Source of the DNA: Amphiura filiformis
Lineage: Eukaryota
DNA: 64,000 bases
Direction: 5' to 3'
Assembly (NCBI RefSeq): GCF_039555335.1
Contig: NC_092646.1
Location: forward strand, 57,946,946-58,010,945
In this document: positions 61,206 to 64,000 of the stretch, piece by piece
Layout of the letters: every line of letters begins with the position of its first letter
Position numbering within the stretch: the first letter of the stretch is position 1
Notes under the pieces: generated by a model
The model's database searches: none
What the model saw: the letters and a program-made list of their open reading frames with translations, nothing else
Told to the model about the DNA's origin: nothing
Made by a program: the position numbers and the translations under genes

Positions 61206-63122
61206 GCCCAATAATATCTCTATAGTGTACATGTAGTACCAGTTGGAATACAGATATGCTAAAAATGAAAAATTCAAATTGAATAAATATCATAAAGTTA
61301 CCATGAAGTGTGGTATTAAAGCATAGATACAAATATTTACATTACAAATAGATTTTATCATCATACCTACATTCTATTTTTTAGTAATGTTTATGAAGAG
61401 TTATATCACACAAGACTGAAATTGTAGACCTTTAATACATAAAATTATCCACTGTGTAAAACTGCACAGAATTAGCCTAGCACAGAGATCTTCAATATAT
61501 TCCATAACGCTGCTAATTCCTCAACAGTCTTGACATTAGTGTAACTTATGAATATCTTTGCACTAAGGATACACCAGGCTGGGAAATAAGTGGGGGCCGG
61601 GGGCGGGGGCCATTTGGCTCGCCTCCTGGTCCAGCACTTCCCACCCTGGGATACACAAACATTTTGGGCAGGGTAAATTTGTGGAAACAAATTTAAGTTG
61701 TGTTACCATGGTTACTATCAAAGTTTCCCTCTCAGCTTAGTCATTGACCAAACTTTTGCATTGTAGCATTTCAATGTTCAATTCATTTACTGGAAAAAAA
61801 AATGGTTTAAAAATTGAAACCTAGGGCTTAAGATTACTTATTTGAAACAATTATTTTTGATTATAAATTGTATATAAAACTTGTATAAAATGTACAAGCC
61901 AAAGCTATGTGAATAAAAGAAATGGAGGTGATCCATGTAATATGACAGTATACAAATGTATATGATGTTTGGGTTTTATTTATTCCAATTAAAATGCATG
62001 CGTATCTCTATGGAAGACATGACTTCAATTTCCCACACGGAGGTTGTTCATAATGGAGTCGCCATAAACCAGGGGTAGCGCGAGCACACAAAAATCAAGG
62101 GGTCCTATTTAATTTTTCTGGACCCTTTGGTACCTGCAAAACCAACATTTAAGGGGTCCATCTGTCCGAAATTCTAAACTTCAGAACTTGTCAAATGTTC
62201 CAATGTAATTATTAGTGTTGTTGGCCTATATGGTGATTCAAAAGATTTACTGATCTTTTTAATTGAGGATTTATGCCTCCGTGCATCATGAAATTAAGGA
62301 GTCCATACAGTTTTTAGCGGACCCTTTGGTCACTTTCAACTTGAGATTTAAGGAGTCCAAAATGGGCAAAATAAAAAAATAAGGAGTCCCTGGACGCGCA
62401 AACTCCTTAAATGCGACCCCTGCCATAATCCCATCTTGCATCGCCTTGGAAGCAAACAATTTTGGCAAAAATGCTCATTTTTTTGAGAAAATCCACAAAA
62501 ACTTTTTTCAGACCACGTAACAAAAAAAAATTCTTGAGCAAAAATATTTTGACACATTTTTTTTTTTCAACTTTGATCAACTGAGAAATTTTCACCAAAA
62601 AAGGTTGAAAAAAAAAGCCAAATGCCAAAGTCCTGTAACCCCCCCTAGTTTTCTCCAAAATCCTCTTCTCTAAATACTTAGTGCCAAAACCCCATTCCTC
62701 TTTCTCCACAAATCGATGCCACTGATCACGCATGTAGTATAGAGACCCATTATATTATTATATCTGAAATGCAGTGACCATTGCTCCCCATGCTGACCTG
62801 TATTGGGTTAATTTTTAATGTTAAATAGTCTACATTACCAGTCATTATCCATGGACCTGAGGGAGGGTCTAAGAGTAAGTAGTAAGTGAAGGACCAAATC
62901 ATTGTGTTTTACTTATTTTATTTATTTACTCTTGTAAAAGTTTAACAAAATCAATAGAAAGTGTGATACATATTTAATATATAATATATAGAAGTAAGTA
63001 TATAGATCCCTGCAGCCTAAAATTGCAAATATAATGGAATAAAGTACAATAATATACCCCCCGGTATGTACTACATACAGGTGCAATAAATGTGGGTGCT
63101 GACATATACTGATCCATTTAGA

Positions 63123-63262
63123 GTCCACACTCTCCCTGTGCAAGATTTTGGAAATATCTTTCACAGGGGGAGTATGAATTTCAAAATTAATGGAATTAGC
63201 ACATTAACCAATTCTATTTGAAACTCACTCTCCCTCTGTGGAAGATTAGATTGAAACTTTTT
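63123..63262. mobile_element. A-like hairpin MITE subfamily copy
   Basis: CCACACTCTCCCTGTGCAAGATTTTGGAAATATCTTTCACAGGGGGAGTATGAATTTCAAA...CTCACTCTCCCTCTGTGGAAGATTAGATTG. Confidence 0.6.
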
Positions 63263-63395
63263 CAGATGGTGTATGAAATTCAAATGAAGCTTCCAAGTGT
63301 GATCAATTTCCTTGGTTGATGACTGATAAACTTTATTAAATAATAAAAGGTAAAAAAAATTTTGACTTTGCAAAAGTTACCAGATTTTGGTTGGA

Positions 63396-63625
63396 TAGAG
63401 ATTATCCACTTTACTCATGCGTGACTTCTAACAAAAGGCGCAGATTCCCGCAGTATTCATTCAAACCAATTCAATGCACGACCTCTGAGTTACTTGCATG
63501 GCTTTGGCGGGCTATTTTGGAATAGTCATGGTTGCACATGTAGGTTCTTCTTTTGAAAGTCCTAAACAAGATATAGTAGTCGCTGATAGGATATGCAACT
63601 TATAGAACACGGATAACCTCTATTG
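63396..63625. mobile_element. MITE family E, compact copy
   Basis: TAGAGATTATCCACTTTACTCATGCGTGACTTCTAACAAAAGGCGC ... ACGGATAACCTCTATTG. It matches 13254-13703 minus the insertion. Confidence 0.75.
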
Positions 63626-64000
63626 AGACTACACAGTTGTGTCCAAATTGACCTTTTGACCGTGTTTGTCATTTAACACATTGAATTTTTAGAGCGCGAT
63701 CTTGTTACAATGGCGTGGTACAACAGTGTGATACACGGAGCCATTAGTCAGTCACGCTATGACGCACAACCAAAGTCGCACAAGAATATTGTCATGGGTC
63801 TGATGCGATACAAGTGGTTAACCCCATGAGAACTACCTGCCGATTGGCCAAAATGAATATTGTGTCCAATTTTGAACCAATCAAGGAGGGTATTAATAAG
63901 ATCATCTGCAAATGCAAGTTTTGACCATAAATAGTTTAAAGCCTAGTCATAATTGGCAATTGAAATCAAGTTATCGACCAATCAGAAATGCTGTTAGATG

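Noticed and set aside
1-64000. CRISPR arrays, operons or other prokaryotic defence systems
   Set aside because: The sequence has spliceosomal introns with GT-AG boundaries and polypyrimidine tracts, TTAGGG repeats, MITEs, and metazoan gene orthologues. The regular repeats at 1-7810 have no unique spacers, which is satellite behaviour rather than CRISPR.

Overview
This is eukaryotic (metazoan) nuclear DNA, AT-rich and dense with repeats; it is not prokaryotic. The first 7.8 kb is a homogeneous 45-bp tandem satellite of about 173 monomers that continues past the window start. The rest is intron-rich, with three recognisable protein-coding genes. (1) The last two coding exons of an eIF2B-delta (EIF2B4)-like gene lie on the + strand at 8393-8529 and 9480-9552, immediately 3' of the satellite. 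(2) A SERBP1/HABP4 (PAI-RBP1) family gene lies on the - strand in five exons between 40650 and 23861; its last exon carries two compensating 1-bp frameshifts that flank an RGG domain. (3) A ZNF367-like C2H2 zinc-finger gene lies on the + strand in four exons, 53119-58161. Everything else is non-autonomous transposon debris. There are at least 10 copies of a ~190-bp hairpin MITE (family A). There are 6 copies of a ~365-bp hairpin MITE flanked by TTAA or TA (family B), one of them nested inside a family-A copy. There are several smaller MITE families, tRNA-derived SINEs, a 3.6-kb foldback element, duplicated composite repeats carrying 120-bp tandem arrays full of AGGTCA direct repeats, and interstitial TTAGGG repeats. 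Taxon is not determinable from sequence alone. The TTAGGG telomeric motif, the MITE load, and SERBP1, ZNF367 and EIF2B4 orthologues with large introns suggest a marine invertebrate or other non-mammalian metazoan. No prokaryotic-style system such as CRISPR or an operon is present. The most interesting things are structural. The satellite appears to have grown out of a TIR-element terminus inside an EIF2B4 intron, and the SERBP1-like gene has compensating frameshifts.
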